This document shows positions 52,364 to 60,494 of a stretch of DNA of 64,000 bases, piece after piece. The stretch comes from a virus. Location: positions 11,316 to 75,315 of IMG/VR virus record IMGVR_UViG_3300045988_106851; one strand, 5' to 3'. Under the pieces are notes generated by a model, which did not search any database, was not told the DNA's origin, and worked only from the letters and a program-made list of their open reading frames with translations. Positions within the stretch are counted from its first letter, which is position 1, and every line of letters starts with the position of its first letter. The translations under genes and the position numbers were made by a program.

Positions 52364-53076
52364 TTACCATTTTTCTTCCCAAATAATAGCTGAAAGACTT
52401 TCTTGCCCTTGACGGTTATCCAAGTCCGCACTCCTGCATGGTCACTGTGGAAACTCTTGAAGTCTTTTAATTCGAAGAGGTCATTGGCATACTTTGCAAT
52501 CGGGCGCAGTTCTCCTTTCGGTGTGCGATAGATATATCCTTTGTCTATAAGCAGGTTTATGAACTCGCTTTGCTTCAGTCCGATTTCCTTCGCTGTATCA
52601 CGGAAGCCTGTGAGCAGGGAACGCTCCACAAGTTCATCGAAGTATTGCGCCTTTGGTTGCAATTCTTGGTTTTTCGCTACGAGAGCTTGCTTCTCTCTTT
52701 GTTCTTCTATCCACCGCTCGGCGCGCTTGATTGGGTCTTCAATCTGATATGAGGCAAGTGCTCCTTCTCTTGCAATTCTCTCACATTCGATAAAATACTT
52801 GCGAGCGAGGCGACCTTTCTCGTTGTTTTCGACCATTGACAACTCCTTTGCCATGTCAATAGATAAAGCATATTCGATGGTTGGTCTTCCACCTTGGGAG
52901 TTTTTGACAATTTTGTCAAAAACCTCATAGTCTTGGTTTTTAACGAACCCATACTGTTCAATACGCTGCTTAATCCAAGTAGCAAACTCTCTTTTGTTGC
53001 ACAAGAACTGATGTAACTCTCTTGCATTGACGGCACGTTTGCCGCAGTACTCTAAAATCTTAATTAGTTCTGCCAT
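52360..53076 (-). CDS. antirepressor: AntA-like N-terminus plus KilAC C-terminus
   Basis: AVNARELHQFLCNKREFATWIKQRIEQYGFVKNQDYEVF. Confidence 0.75.
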   Translation of the reverse strand: MAELIKILEYCGKRAVNARELHQFLCNKREFATWIKQRIEQYGFVKNQDYEVFDKIVKNSQGGRPTIEYALSIDMAKELSMVENNEKGRLARKYFIECERIAREGALASYQIEDPIKRAERWIEEQREKQALVAKNQELQPKAQYFDELVERSLLTGFRDTAKEIGLKQSEFINLLIDKGYIYRTPKGELRPIAKYANDLFELKDFKSFHSDHAGVRTWITVKGKKVFQLLFGKKNGK

Positions 53077-53082
53077 ATTTTG

Positions 53083-53391
53083 CTATTTTAAGTTCTCCAA
53101 CATCCTAATCTCGTCCTTGATATAGAATATGGCCTTTTTGAGGTCTTCAATCCGCTTCTCCTTCTCCGTCTTGTCACCATCGACCTTGCCTTTCCGCATA
53201 AGGTATTTCAAAGCGTTGCCAACGGCGAAGTCAAAGTGTCGACAGATATCGATAGGCTCAACACCGCATAGTTCTTTCAGCCAAGCATAGTGAGACGGAT
53301 GCTCAACATTATTGCATTTATTTTTCTCGTCAATCATAAACCATTTTTTGTTTTTGAGCGAAATATACTTTTTATAATCTATATACACCAT
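53083..53391 (-). CDS. DUF3310-like protein
   Basis: VEHPSHYA...EPIDICRHFDFAVGNALKYLMRKGK...DLKKAIFYI. Confidence 0.7.
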   Translation of the reverse strand: MVYIDYKKYISLKNKKWFMIDEKNKCNNVEHPSHYAWLKELCGVEPIDICRHFDFAVGNALKYLMRKGKVDGDKTEKEKRIEDLKKAIFYIKDEIRMLENLK

Positions 53392-53393
53392 GT

Positions 53394-54152
53394 TTAAGAG
53401 AGACCACTATCATGGGAGTGGCAGGTCTTATTCACAAGTCTATATATAGGCATGGAATATCCATTAACTATATATGTGTTAGCTAAGACCTTGAAGCAAT
53501 AATTTTTGGTCGTAAAAGTAAAACCTGGGACTTTGTAGAAATTTACCCCTTTCTTGTAAAATTTCAAAAAATGGTTCTTGACCAACAAGTATCCATGTTT
53601 TAGGGCATTTCTGACATAATCAAATGCCGACCTCAATGATATGCCCAAGCGTGAGGCTATCGTTCTGTAAGACATCCCATATTCGTGGAATACATTATCC
53701 CTTGCGTACTTCCTTATTATCTGTTTAACATTCTTCACAGTCTTGTAATCACGAGAATGCCTTGCGTCAAGAATGGCACGGTGGATAAAATTCTTCCGCT
53801 CCTGCAAGATACATACTAATATAGCCCACAATGCTTTTTCTACGTCACCCAAGGATGGTAACAATGCATTAAGTATCTTCTTGTTTCTGTTTCCATGTTT
53901 TGAAGTTATTGACTTAAATACAAGACACCCATTACATATTTCAGCAAGCCCCCGCTCCTGTAAGGTGGCTAACCTCTTCTTTATTGTCAACGGATGTACT
54001 CCTGTGATTGAGCTCAACTTAGCATAAGTGAAGCCCTTGCATATATTCTGGTTCGTCTTCTCATGATAGAATATGAGGAAAGCAATGGCTTTCAGAAATG
54101 CCCTGTCTCTGAACATCCTTATCGCTATGCTGTTTCTTATATTCCGAATCAT
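53394..54152 (-). CDS. winged-helix/HTH DNA-binding protein, paralog of 2470..3228
   Basis: FLKAIAFLIFY...HPLTIKKRLATLQERGLA...LVFKSI. Confidence 0.6.
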   Translation of the reverse strand: MIRNIRNSIAIRMFRDRAFLKAIAFLIFYHEKTNQNICKGFTYAKLSSITGVHPLTIKKRLATLQERGLAEICNGCLVFKSITSKHGNRNKKILNALLPSLGDVEKALWAILVCILQERKNFIHRAILDARHSRDYKTVKNVKQIIRKYARDNVFHEYGMSYRTIASRLGISLRSAFDYVRNALKHGYLLVKNHFLKFYKKGVNFYKVPGFTFTTKNYCFKVLANTYIVNGYSMPIYRLVNKTCHSHDSGLS

Positions 54153-54274
54153 ATTCTAAATGATAAGGACCAAACAGGATAAGCGAGTGCGTATTTCTTA
54201 TCCGTCTGGTCCATTTATATAGAGCCCCTCTGGGCAGCCTAATCTATATTTATCACGCGCTCCTTATATGGTCG

Positions 54275-54282
54275 CAAAGTTA
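54275..54282 (-). promoter_or_regulatory. -7 promoter box TAACTTTG (minus strand)
   Basis: Leader of about 115 nt contains a 16-bp hairpin at 54167-54212. Confidence 0.5.
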
Positions 54283-54388
54283 AAAAGAAAATTTCAGATT
54301 CAACCTTAAATACCGTTAAATTATTAGTTTTAATATTAATATCTTAAATTTTTCCCTTAATTTGCTTGCCTATCTGAAAAGTTATTAT

Positions 54389-54396
54389 TAATTTTG
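54389..54396 (+). promoter_or_regulatory. -7 promoter box TAATTTTG for the right early operon
   Basis: Followed by CGGCATAATAAATAA, shared with 62191 cassette. Confidence 0.55.
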
Positions 54397-54418
54397 CGGC
54401 ATAATAAATAATAAAAGC

Positions 54419-54637
54419 ATGATTACACTGATAAATACAGCCACAGGCGAAGAGTATAGGTATACGGGCACAAGTAGGGAGTTTTGCACAGAGGATTCTT
54501 TCTGTGTAAATGCCAAAGGGTCAAATAGTTTCAAGAGTAGGTTCAGAGGCGTGGCCGCAGGTTTTATCCTTGGGAACCATACGGTTCAGGTCTTGCTCAG
54601 AGAGCCGTTTAAGGTTAAAGAATGTTTAATAAAATAA
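54419..54637 (+). CDS. hypothetical small protein
   Basis: ORF track. Confidence 0.4.
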   Translation: MITLINTATGEEYRYTGTSREFCTEDSFCVNAKGSNSFKSRFRGVAAGFILGNHTVQVLLREPFKVKECLIK

Positions 54638-54783
54638 GATAGTGACATGAAAATAAAGACCGACGACATAAAAGAGTTTCTGTTAACTTTCTCATTAGGA
54701 AGCCTCTCCATGGCACTGGCTTATATTATCTTATGGTTATCCGCTGTACTTGGATAGTAAAACACACTCAAAACATATACAAC

Positions 54784-55761
54784 ATGAAAGTAAACACATT
54801 CGGCAGCATGCCTCAACGCTCAGAGGCAACCACAATCGTAGCAGAACCCATCAAAGCAGTTAACGAGGTTCAATTTTTCGACTTTAACAAGCAAAAGTGC
54901 CAGAGACTTACCCTTGGGCAACTATCAAGGACAAACAGGGAAAATCGTGGTGATGACAACACACCCATGCATGGCATCTATCACTTCGCCCTTATCCAGA
55001 GACTCATAGATATGTGTGCCGAGCACGGCTATAATGCCGATGTCTACGACCTGTTCGCCACGAACAACAGGGATAAACAAACGCCAGGAGTAAGTCTTTA
55101 TCCAGAGCTGGAAGCAAAATACGGCCAACGAGCGGTGCAAGCGCATACTCTTCGCAGAGTGTATGCCAACGTCCGTCTCACGAACTTTGACAACGACGAG
55201 CTTACAACCTGTCTTGCTATCGCCTACACGCAGAAGGGCATCCAAGTGGGGTTCGGGACAAACGTCAAGGTTTGCCATAACCTTAATATGTTAGGGCAAG
55301 GGCAATTCGTGGCAGATTACAAAATTCACAACCATTATGCAAGCGGTGACAACTACAAGACCGACCTAAAAGGGATTATGGCAACCGTCGGAGGCTGGCT
55401 GACCGATGCCGAACACATCGCTATCAGCGAGCGAGAAACTATTGAAAGGATGAAGGAGACGATACTGACGGCAGAGCAACTGTACATGATAATTGGCATG
55501 CTCACGAGTATGCGTGTTGCTTGCGATACCAACATCAAGGCAATAAAGTACACAGGTGGCATATATCCGCTTAATCAAGCGCAAATCTGCCGATTCACGG
55601 AGAATTTGTTGGTAACGCAACACGAGAAGGGGCGCATAAGCGCATGGGACTTGTATAACAGCGCAACCGAGCTGTACAAACCAATGACGGCAGAGACAAA
55701 CCTTATCATGCCACAAAACATGGCAATGGTACGTTTCCTTAGAGAGCAAGAGATATTCTAA
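54784..55761 (+). CDS. hypothetical early protein (325 aa)
   Basis: ORF track 54733..55761, ATG 54784 (MKVNTFGSMPQ). Confidence 0.5.
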   Translation: MKVNTFGSMPQRSEATTIVAEPIKAVNEVQFFDFNKQKCQRLTLGQLSRTNRENRGDDNTPMHGIYHFALIQRLIDMCAEHGYNADVYDLFATNNRDKQTPGVSLYPELEAKYGQRAVQAHTLRRVYANVRLTNFDNDELTTCLAIAYTQKGIQVGFGTNVKVCHNLNMLGQGQFVADYKIHNHYASGDNYKTDLKGIMATVGGWLTDAEHIAISERETIERMKETILTAEQLYMIIGMLTSMRVACDTNIKAIKYTGGIYPLNQAQICRFTENLLVTQHEKGRISAWDLYNSATELYKPMTAETNLIMPQNMAMVRFLREQEIF

Positions 55762-55809
55762 TCAAATAACACGGCAAGGAGGTGTTCTCCTTGCCTTAAA
55801 ACGATAATT

Positions 55810-56196
55810 ATGGAAAATTACAACATTAAGTTAAACCTAATGAAGCTCAGCAGAGCTGGCATTATGCAAATTCAAGGCCGTGGCGAGGTGCTCCGCTGCC
55901 TGGTTATCCCAGTAGAGGAAAATCACCTCTTTATCGGCATGGACGAGCAGAATCGCCCAAAGTCTGCCTATCTCGATGTTTCGGCATGGGCATTACGTAA
56001 CCCGAAATATGACGAGACGCACATGATTAAGCAATCGTTGCCAAAGGAGGTGCGTGAACAGATGAGTGAGGAGGAAAGAAAGGCACAGCCTATACTCGGA
56101 GGCATGAAGCCTATGAACATAGAAGCCCGCAATGGCGCATCCAATTGCGACGCTCCTTTCGCACAAGTTAGTGATTTAGACGACCTGCCCTTTTAG
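55810..56196 (+). CDS. candidate ssDNA-binding protein with SSB-type acidic tip
   Basis: Ends ...SDLDDLPF, like the DDDIPF tip of bacterial SSB. Confidence 0.4.
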   Translation: MENYNIKLNLMKLSRAGIMQIQGRGEVLRCLVIPVEENHLFIGMDEQNRPKSAYLDVSAWALRNPKYDETHMIKQSLPKEVREQMSEEERKAQPILGGMKPMNIEARNGASNCDAPFAQVSDLDDLPF

Positions 56197-56247
56197 CATA
56201 AGGCTTCTTGTAAACGCAGGTTTTAAGTTGGTTCTAAATTATTGAGT

Positions 56248-56702
56248 ATGAGAACAAAGACATCCATTTGGTTCGAGGTAGGGATTAGCTATCCGCAGGC
56301 ACAAGAAAACGGCTCACTGAAAAATGTCACAGAGAAGTATGCCGTTGACGTAATGAGTTTTGCTGAAGCTGAAAGCGTGGTAATCCATGAAATCGCACTT
56401 GCATAAGTGGCGAGTTAACAATAAAGTCGGAGGCGCAGGCTTCTTATAAGGAGGTTTTCTTCTCCGAGACGAGCAAGGAGGACAACTGGTATAAGGCGAA
56501 ATTGCAGTCTATCGCCTTCTCCGAGAAAACAGGCAAGGAAAAACGGAGCAATACGATTTATCTTGTACAAGGCAGTTCAATGGCCGGCGCATTGAAGAAT
56601 ATTGACGCGGTGATGGGTGGTACGTGTATAGATTACGAGGTCGTCAGTCTGACCAAAACACGTATCATCGACGTGTTCGAACATACAGAAGAGAAAAAAT
56701 AA
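56248..56702 (+). pseudogene. DUF4494-like gene split by a frameshift near 56395
   Basis: MRTKTSIWFEVGISY...VVIHEIALA* (stop 56404-56406), continues in next frame ISGELTIKSEAQASYKEVFFSE... Confidence 0.5.
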
Positions 56703-56723
56703 CAAAACAAAAAGATTAGCATT

Positions 56724-57185
56724 ATGGGAAGACCAAGAAAAAATACAGAACCAGAGCTGTATTCAGCAATTAACACAGAGAATCTCGGCGTTGATTTACA
56801 AGCAGAAAACATCTTTTTTGAAGGCGATGTGCCCTCGGCTTGCATTAAAGCCACAGGGCCTGGGGAATACCTTATCCTTTGCCCACAAGATGTAGAGTTG
56901 AAGGATGGCAGGGTAGTAATCAAGACAGGCGTAACATTGAAAGATGGTGTTCGTGCCATAGTATTGCCGACCGAGGACAACGCCTTATTCGGCATTAAGG
57001 CAGAAAACGGTATCATGCTGGATAGGACGGACGTTGAACCAATGTCTGTACGTGGCGAGATACGAGTGTGCCTACACTGCGATGATGATGTGCTAACGAG
57101 TGAGGTAACGCCTTACGGCTCGACTTCGAGGCATGTAAGGTTACTCGCTGGTACGGTGCTCGCTCAACTGATAATCATACAGTAA
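56724..57185 (+). CDS. divergent dUTPase-fold-like protein
   Basis: Pattern ..IKTGVTL..AIVLP....GI..ENGIMLDR....RGEIRVCLH....GTVLAQLII; canonical catalytic motifs not evident. Confidence 0.35.
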   Translation: MGRPRKNTEPELYSAINTENLGVDLQAENIFFEGDVPSACIKATGPGEYLILCPQDVELKDGRVVIKTGVTLKDGVRAIVLPTEDNALFGIKAENGIMLDRTDVEPMSVRGEIRVCLHCDDDVLTSEVTPYGSTSRHVRLLAGTVLAQLIIIQ

Positions 57186-57424
57186 TGAACGTAAGCTACC
57201 TCAAAGGTCTCCTTGCGCAGTATAAGGTACTGCAAGAGTCGGGCATGGTTATTGAGGTCAAGCTGATAACCATGGTAGGAGAGTATTCTATAACCAACGC
57301 CTCCGCAATTGCCAAGATGCTACAGGCTGCGATTACGGAGGCGGAAAGGGAAGTGAACAATGAAGACAAACAATGTAAGACGGACAAGAGCCAAGCGTGT
57401 TGTCGTGGTGCAATTCAGGGATAA
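57185..57424 (+). CDS. hypothetical small protein
   Basis: ORF track. Confidence 0.3.
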   Translation: MNVSYLKGLLAQYKVLQESGMVIEVKLITMVGEYSITNASAIAKMLQAAITEAEREVNNEDKQCKTDKSQACCRGAIQG

Positions 57425-57602
57425 GCCCCCCAGGGCTTTCCGGAATTGTCCCGATATATACAAGGCATACACAAGGGGACAGCTTGGCATCTGCCTTAAT
57501 GCGCTTTGGAACGCCTTGGCAAAAAGTAGAAAGTATAGCAACAGAAATGTCGTCATATTCTACAAGAATATTGAGTCCCTTAATACTATTACGTGGCGAT
57601 AG
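57360..57602 (+). CDS. hypothetical small protein
   Basis: ORF track. Confidence 0.3.
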   Translation: MKTNNVRRTRAKRVVVVQFRDKPPRAFRNCPDIYKAYTRGQLGICLNALWNALAKSRKYSNRNVVIFYKNIESLNTITWR

Positions 57603-57652
57603 GCATATTGACGAGGGAGTGTATAGAATTCCCTCGTTATTGAAAAAACTCC

Positions 57653-58048
57653 ATGGAAAAAGACATTTTTAAGCTAATAAAACGAGACTCAAACCACAAG
57701 CCTCGACATATAGAATCACAGATACAGCGTCAGATGGTGGCGTGGTTTCGCTTGCAATACCCACGGTACATTATAGCCGCCGTACCCAATGGTGGGCGGC
57801 GAAATGCGCTGGAGGCGAAGATAATGAAAGGTGAGGGCGTGCTGGCAGGCTTCTCCGACCTTGTCATAATAGCCGACAGGAACGTTCTGTTTGTTGAGGT
57901 GAAAACCAAGGATGGCAGGCAAAGCGAAATGCAACGGAAGTTCCAAGCCGACGTTGAGAGGCTCGGCTTCCAGTACTTTGTCTGCCGTTCCTTGCAAAAT
58001 TTCCAATTCACCGTGGAGAAATGGCTGCGAGACAAATTTTCCGTGTGA
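57653..58048 (+). CDS. VRR-NUC domain nuclease
   Basis: ESQIQRQMVAWFRL...GFSDLVII...LFVEVKT (PD-(D/E)xK). Confidence 0.8.
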   Translation: MEKDIFKLIKRDSNHKPRHIESQIQRQMVAWFRLQYPRYIIAAVPNGGRRNALEAKIMKGEGVLAGFSDLVIIADRNVLFVEVKTKDGRQSEMQRKFQADVERLGFQYFVCRSLQNFQFTVEKWLRDKFSV

Positions 58049-58110
58049 GGACACGGGGTAAACAAATCTTAATATATTATTAATAATTAGGAGGTTCTGA
58101 ATATTTTTAT

Positions 58111-58118
58111 TATCTTTG
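58111..58118 (+). promoter_or_regulatory. -7 promoter box TATCTTTG
   Basis: Same 21-nt cassette as 2281-2301. Confidence 0.55.
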
Positions 58119-58141
58119 CAATGTAAAAAAACAGAAAGACT

Positions 58142-58528
58142 ATGGCAAAAGGTAGTGGAACAACAAGAACAGTAAGCGCAAACAATGCGAGCGCAAGTAA
58201 AACACAGAGTTCTCTTAGCGGAAAAGTCAGTACAATGGACGAAGCCAATAAGGTTATGGACACATACAAAAACCTCTATAATATGCCAACGAAGGAACAG
58301 AAAGCATTTACTGATTCTTTCGGCCAGGCAGTTATGGACACATTCAATGAGAAGATAAAAGGCTACGATGATTTGAAGTTTCAGAGAAACGCCAAGGCAT
58401 TCAAAGAAAACAACAAAGCTGATTATGATAGGGCTGTTCATCAGCATACTATACAGGTAGATAATCTGGTAAAGGAACAACAGCTAATCACAGATAAGTA
58501 TAATGAGTTTATCAAGGTAAAGAAATAA
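58142..58528 (+). CDS. hypothetical protein
   Basis: ORF track. Confidence 0.4.
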   Translation: MAKGSGTTRTVSANNASASKTQSSLSGKVSTMDEANKVMDTYKNLYNMPTKEQKAFTDSFGQAVMDTFNEKIKGYDDLKFQRNAKAFKENNKADYDRAVHQHTIQVDNLVKEQQLITDKYNEFIKVKK

Positions 58529-58725
58529 GAGCTGATTCTTAGCAAGCAATGGGATTAAAAGAGTCGAGAAATGTATACGATATATTAGAATTTTAAACAG
58601 AGTGAACAGGTTTGCAAAATTAATATTCCCTTTAGTTTTGCAAGCCTAAACTAATAAAATACTAATAATCAAAGATTTGTATAAAAATATTCCAAGAAAT
58701 ATTTGGCACATTGCGGAAGTCTTAT

Positions 58726-58733
58726 TAACTTTG
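58726..58733 (+). promoter_or_regulatory. -7 promoter box TAACTTTG
   Basis: Upstream of the structured leader. Confidence 0.5.
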
Positions 58734-58736
58734 CGG

Positions 58737-58965
58737 TGCTTACAAGATAACAGTAGACTGTTCCGCCAGAGCAACGGTTATTGCTCATTCGCTTGAATGG
58801 GTGTGCTTCATGCCCATCAAGACCGTAATATACACGGTCGCCTATACGTAAGATTAAAAACGAAGCTCTTAGCGGAGCGGACTACTATCATCTTGTAAGC
58901 AGCGTATATGGCGACCGCTTTTTGCTTGCCTACAAAATTCATCTAATTAAATGCTTACAAGATGA
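58737..58965 (+). ncRNA. structured 5-prime leader / riboregulator of the antirepressor gene
   Basis: 12-nt tgcttacaagat at 58737-58748 and 58952-58963 (covers ATG 58962), exact complement at 58890-58901; terminator-like helix 58835-58848/58903-58917 plus T-run. Confidence 0.5.
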
Positions 58966-59942
58966 ACGACGTAAAGATTTTTAACTCCCCCGCATTCGGG
59001 GGATTCCGCGTGATGCGGAACGAGAAAGGCGAACCGCTTTTCTGTTTGAACGATGTGTGTGATGCCTTGAGGCTGAATGTATGCTTCACATTAGCACGTT
59101 TGGAGCTTGTCCCATATACTCTTGGGGTCACGGATTCGGTAGGAAGAAATCATAATGTATTCTTTGTCCAAGAGAAGGACTTTTTCCGTGTGATATTCCC
59201 ATCACGCAGACCAGCCTGCCGAAATTTCCAAGACTGGGTGTTTGATAAGGTATTGCCAAGCCTTAGAAAGGGAAGCAAGCGTGTCAACGCCCAAGCGTCT
59301 CAGCCAACTCCCTCCTACGAGATTGAAGACCCTATCAAGCGTGCTGAGCGTTGGATTGAGGAGCAGAAGCAGCTAAGAATCGCACATACGCCCAAGCAGC
59401 CGCAAGTCGCGACCAGCAAACCGAAGAAAGAGCCACAAACTGCGACCACCAAGCAGGCGAATGTAAAGATTGAGCCGAAAGACAAGGCCAATGACATTCA
59501 GCAGAAGCCTGTCAAGACGGCAGAACAGAAAGTTGAACGGTACGGCAACGTTCTCAACTCAGATGGTTACATGATAACCACGGAGATTGCCAAGGAATTG
59601 AACATGTCAGCAAGAAGCCTCAACGCCAAGCTCAATGATGCCGGAATCATCTTCAAGCGTTCCAAGCGGTGGCACGTGAAAGCATCATATCTGCCTCTCC
59701 ACATCGCCAAGACAAGAATTTTCTCTTACCCATCAAAGGATGGGATTTCAACTGGCACACGTCCTTACTTGGTTTGGAACCAAAAAGGCAAGGAACTAAT
59801 CCTTGCGCTTGCTCGCAACAACTACAACGACAAATCGCCCGAGGTTGCCAAGCTCAGGCGTGAGCTGAGACAAGCAGTGAAGGACGCTGGAAAGAAGCAG
59901 CCAAATGCGCCTATACACGAACAATCCTTACAATTCGCTTAA
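58962..59942 (+). CDS. antirepressor: BRO-N domain plus KilAC domain
   Basis: IFNSPAFGGFRVMRNEKGEPLFCLNDVCDAL; C-terminal KilAC-like region. Confidence 0.75.
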   Translation: MNDVKIFNSPAFGGFRVMRNEKGEPLFCLNDVCDALRLNVCFTLARLELVPYTLGVTDSVGRNHNVFFVQEKDFFRVIFPSRRPACRNFQDWVFDKVLPSLRKGSKRVNAQASQPTPSYEIEDPIKRAERWIEEQKQLRIAHTPKQPQVATSKPKKEPQTATTKQANVKIEPKDKANDIQQKPVKTAEQKVERYGNVLNSDGYMITTEIAKELNMSARSLNAKLNDAGIIFKRSKRWHVKASYLPLHIAKTRIFSYPSKDGISTGTRPYLVWNQKGKELILALARNNYNDKSPEVAKLRRELRQAVKDAGKKQPNAPIHEQSLQFA

Positions 59943-59959
59943 TCATCGGAGGCACAATT

Positions 59960-60226
59960 ATGAACAACCGAAACATCTTAGTGAACATAGAAACGGCCAG
60001 TAGCGAGGCTACCACCAAGCGGTGCTTGAATATGCTCGGTGAGCTTTTGAAGGCTCAGAGCAAGGTGATGAACTTCCTCGTAAGCGAGAGCATAGACGAT
60101 TCAATAGAGGGCGAGGCTATCGCCGAGAGCTTGGGCAGCGCAATCAGATCCTTTGACGGCATCCTGCCAAGTGGTGTTTACGGTAAAATTATCAACAGGA
60201 GGGAGTATCATGGAAACAAAGATTAA
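59960..60226 (+). CDS. hypothetical small protein
   Basis: ORF track. Confidence 0.35.
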   Translation: MNNRNILVNIETASSEATTKRCLNMLGELLKAQSKVMNFLVSESIDDSIEGEAIAESLGSAIRSFDGILPSGVYGKIINRREYHGNKD

Positions 60227-60443
60227 GTATGTAGTCTTTGACCTTAAAGGTCAAGCCGAAGCATTCATGGCAAAGTTCCGTGAGTTTGGATACATGGACT
60301 TCGTTGAGAAAATGGCGGAAGTAAGCGCATACGAGGTCGGGGTTGAGATAGCCGTCGTGGATGAAACCGAAGTGGATGTGCTCATTGACGATTGCCTTAT
60401 GCAAACCCAACTGACTGGCTTTGCAAAAGTTGTAGAAATATAA
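60210..60443 (+). CDS. hypothetical small protein
   Basis: ORF track 60153..60443, ATG 60210. Confidence 0.35.
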   Translation: METKIKYVVFDLKGQAEAFMAKFREFGYMDFVEKMAEVSAYEVGVEIAVVDETEVDVLIDDCLMQTQLTGFAKVVEI

Positions 60444-60452
60444 AAAATGATT

Positions 60453-60492
60453 GTCGTGTGATTTAGGCCTTGCACAGCTTAAATCACACGAC
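60453..60492. terminator. bidirectional intrinsic terminator
   Basis: 13-bp perfect stem gtcgtgtgattta/taaatcacacgac; A-run before, T-run after. Confidence 0.8.
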
Positions 60493-60494
60493 TT

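Noticed and set aside
57716-58480. 254-aa minus-strand ORF in an AT-rich region
   Set aside because: It overlaps the clear VRR-NUC gene and the promoter-led 58142 gene on the plus strand. The product is Cys/Phe/Leu-rich without domain-like features and crosses a plus-strand promoter.
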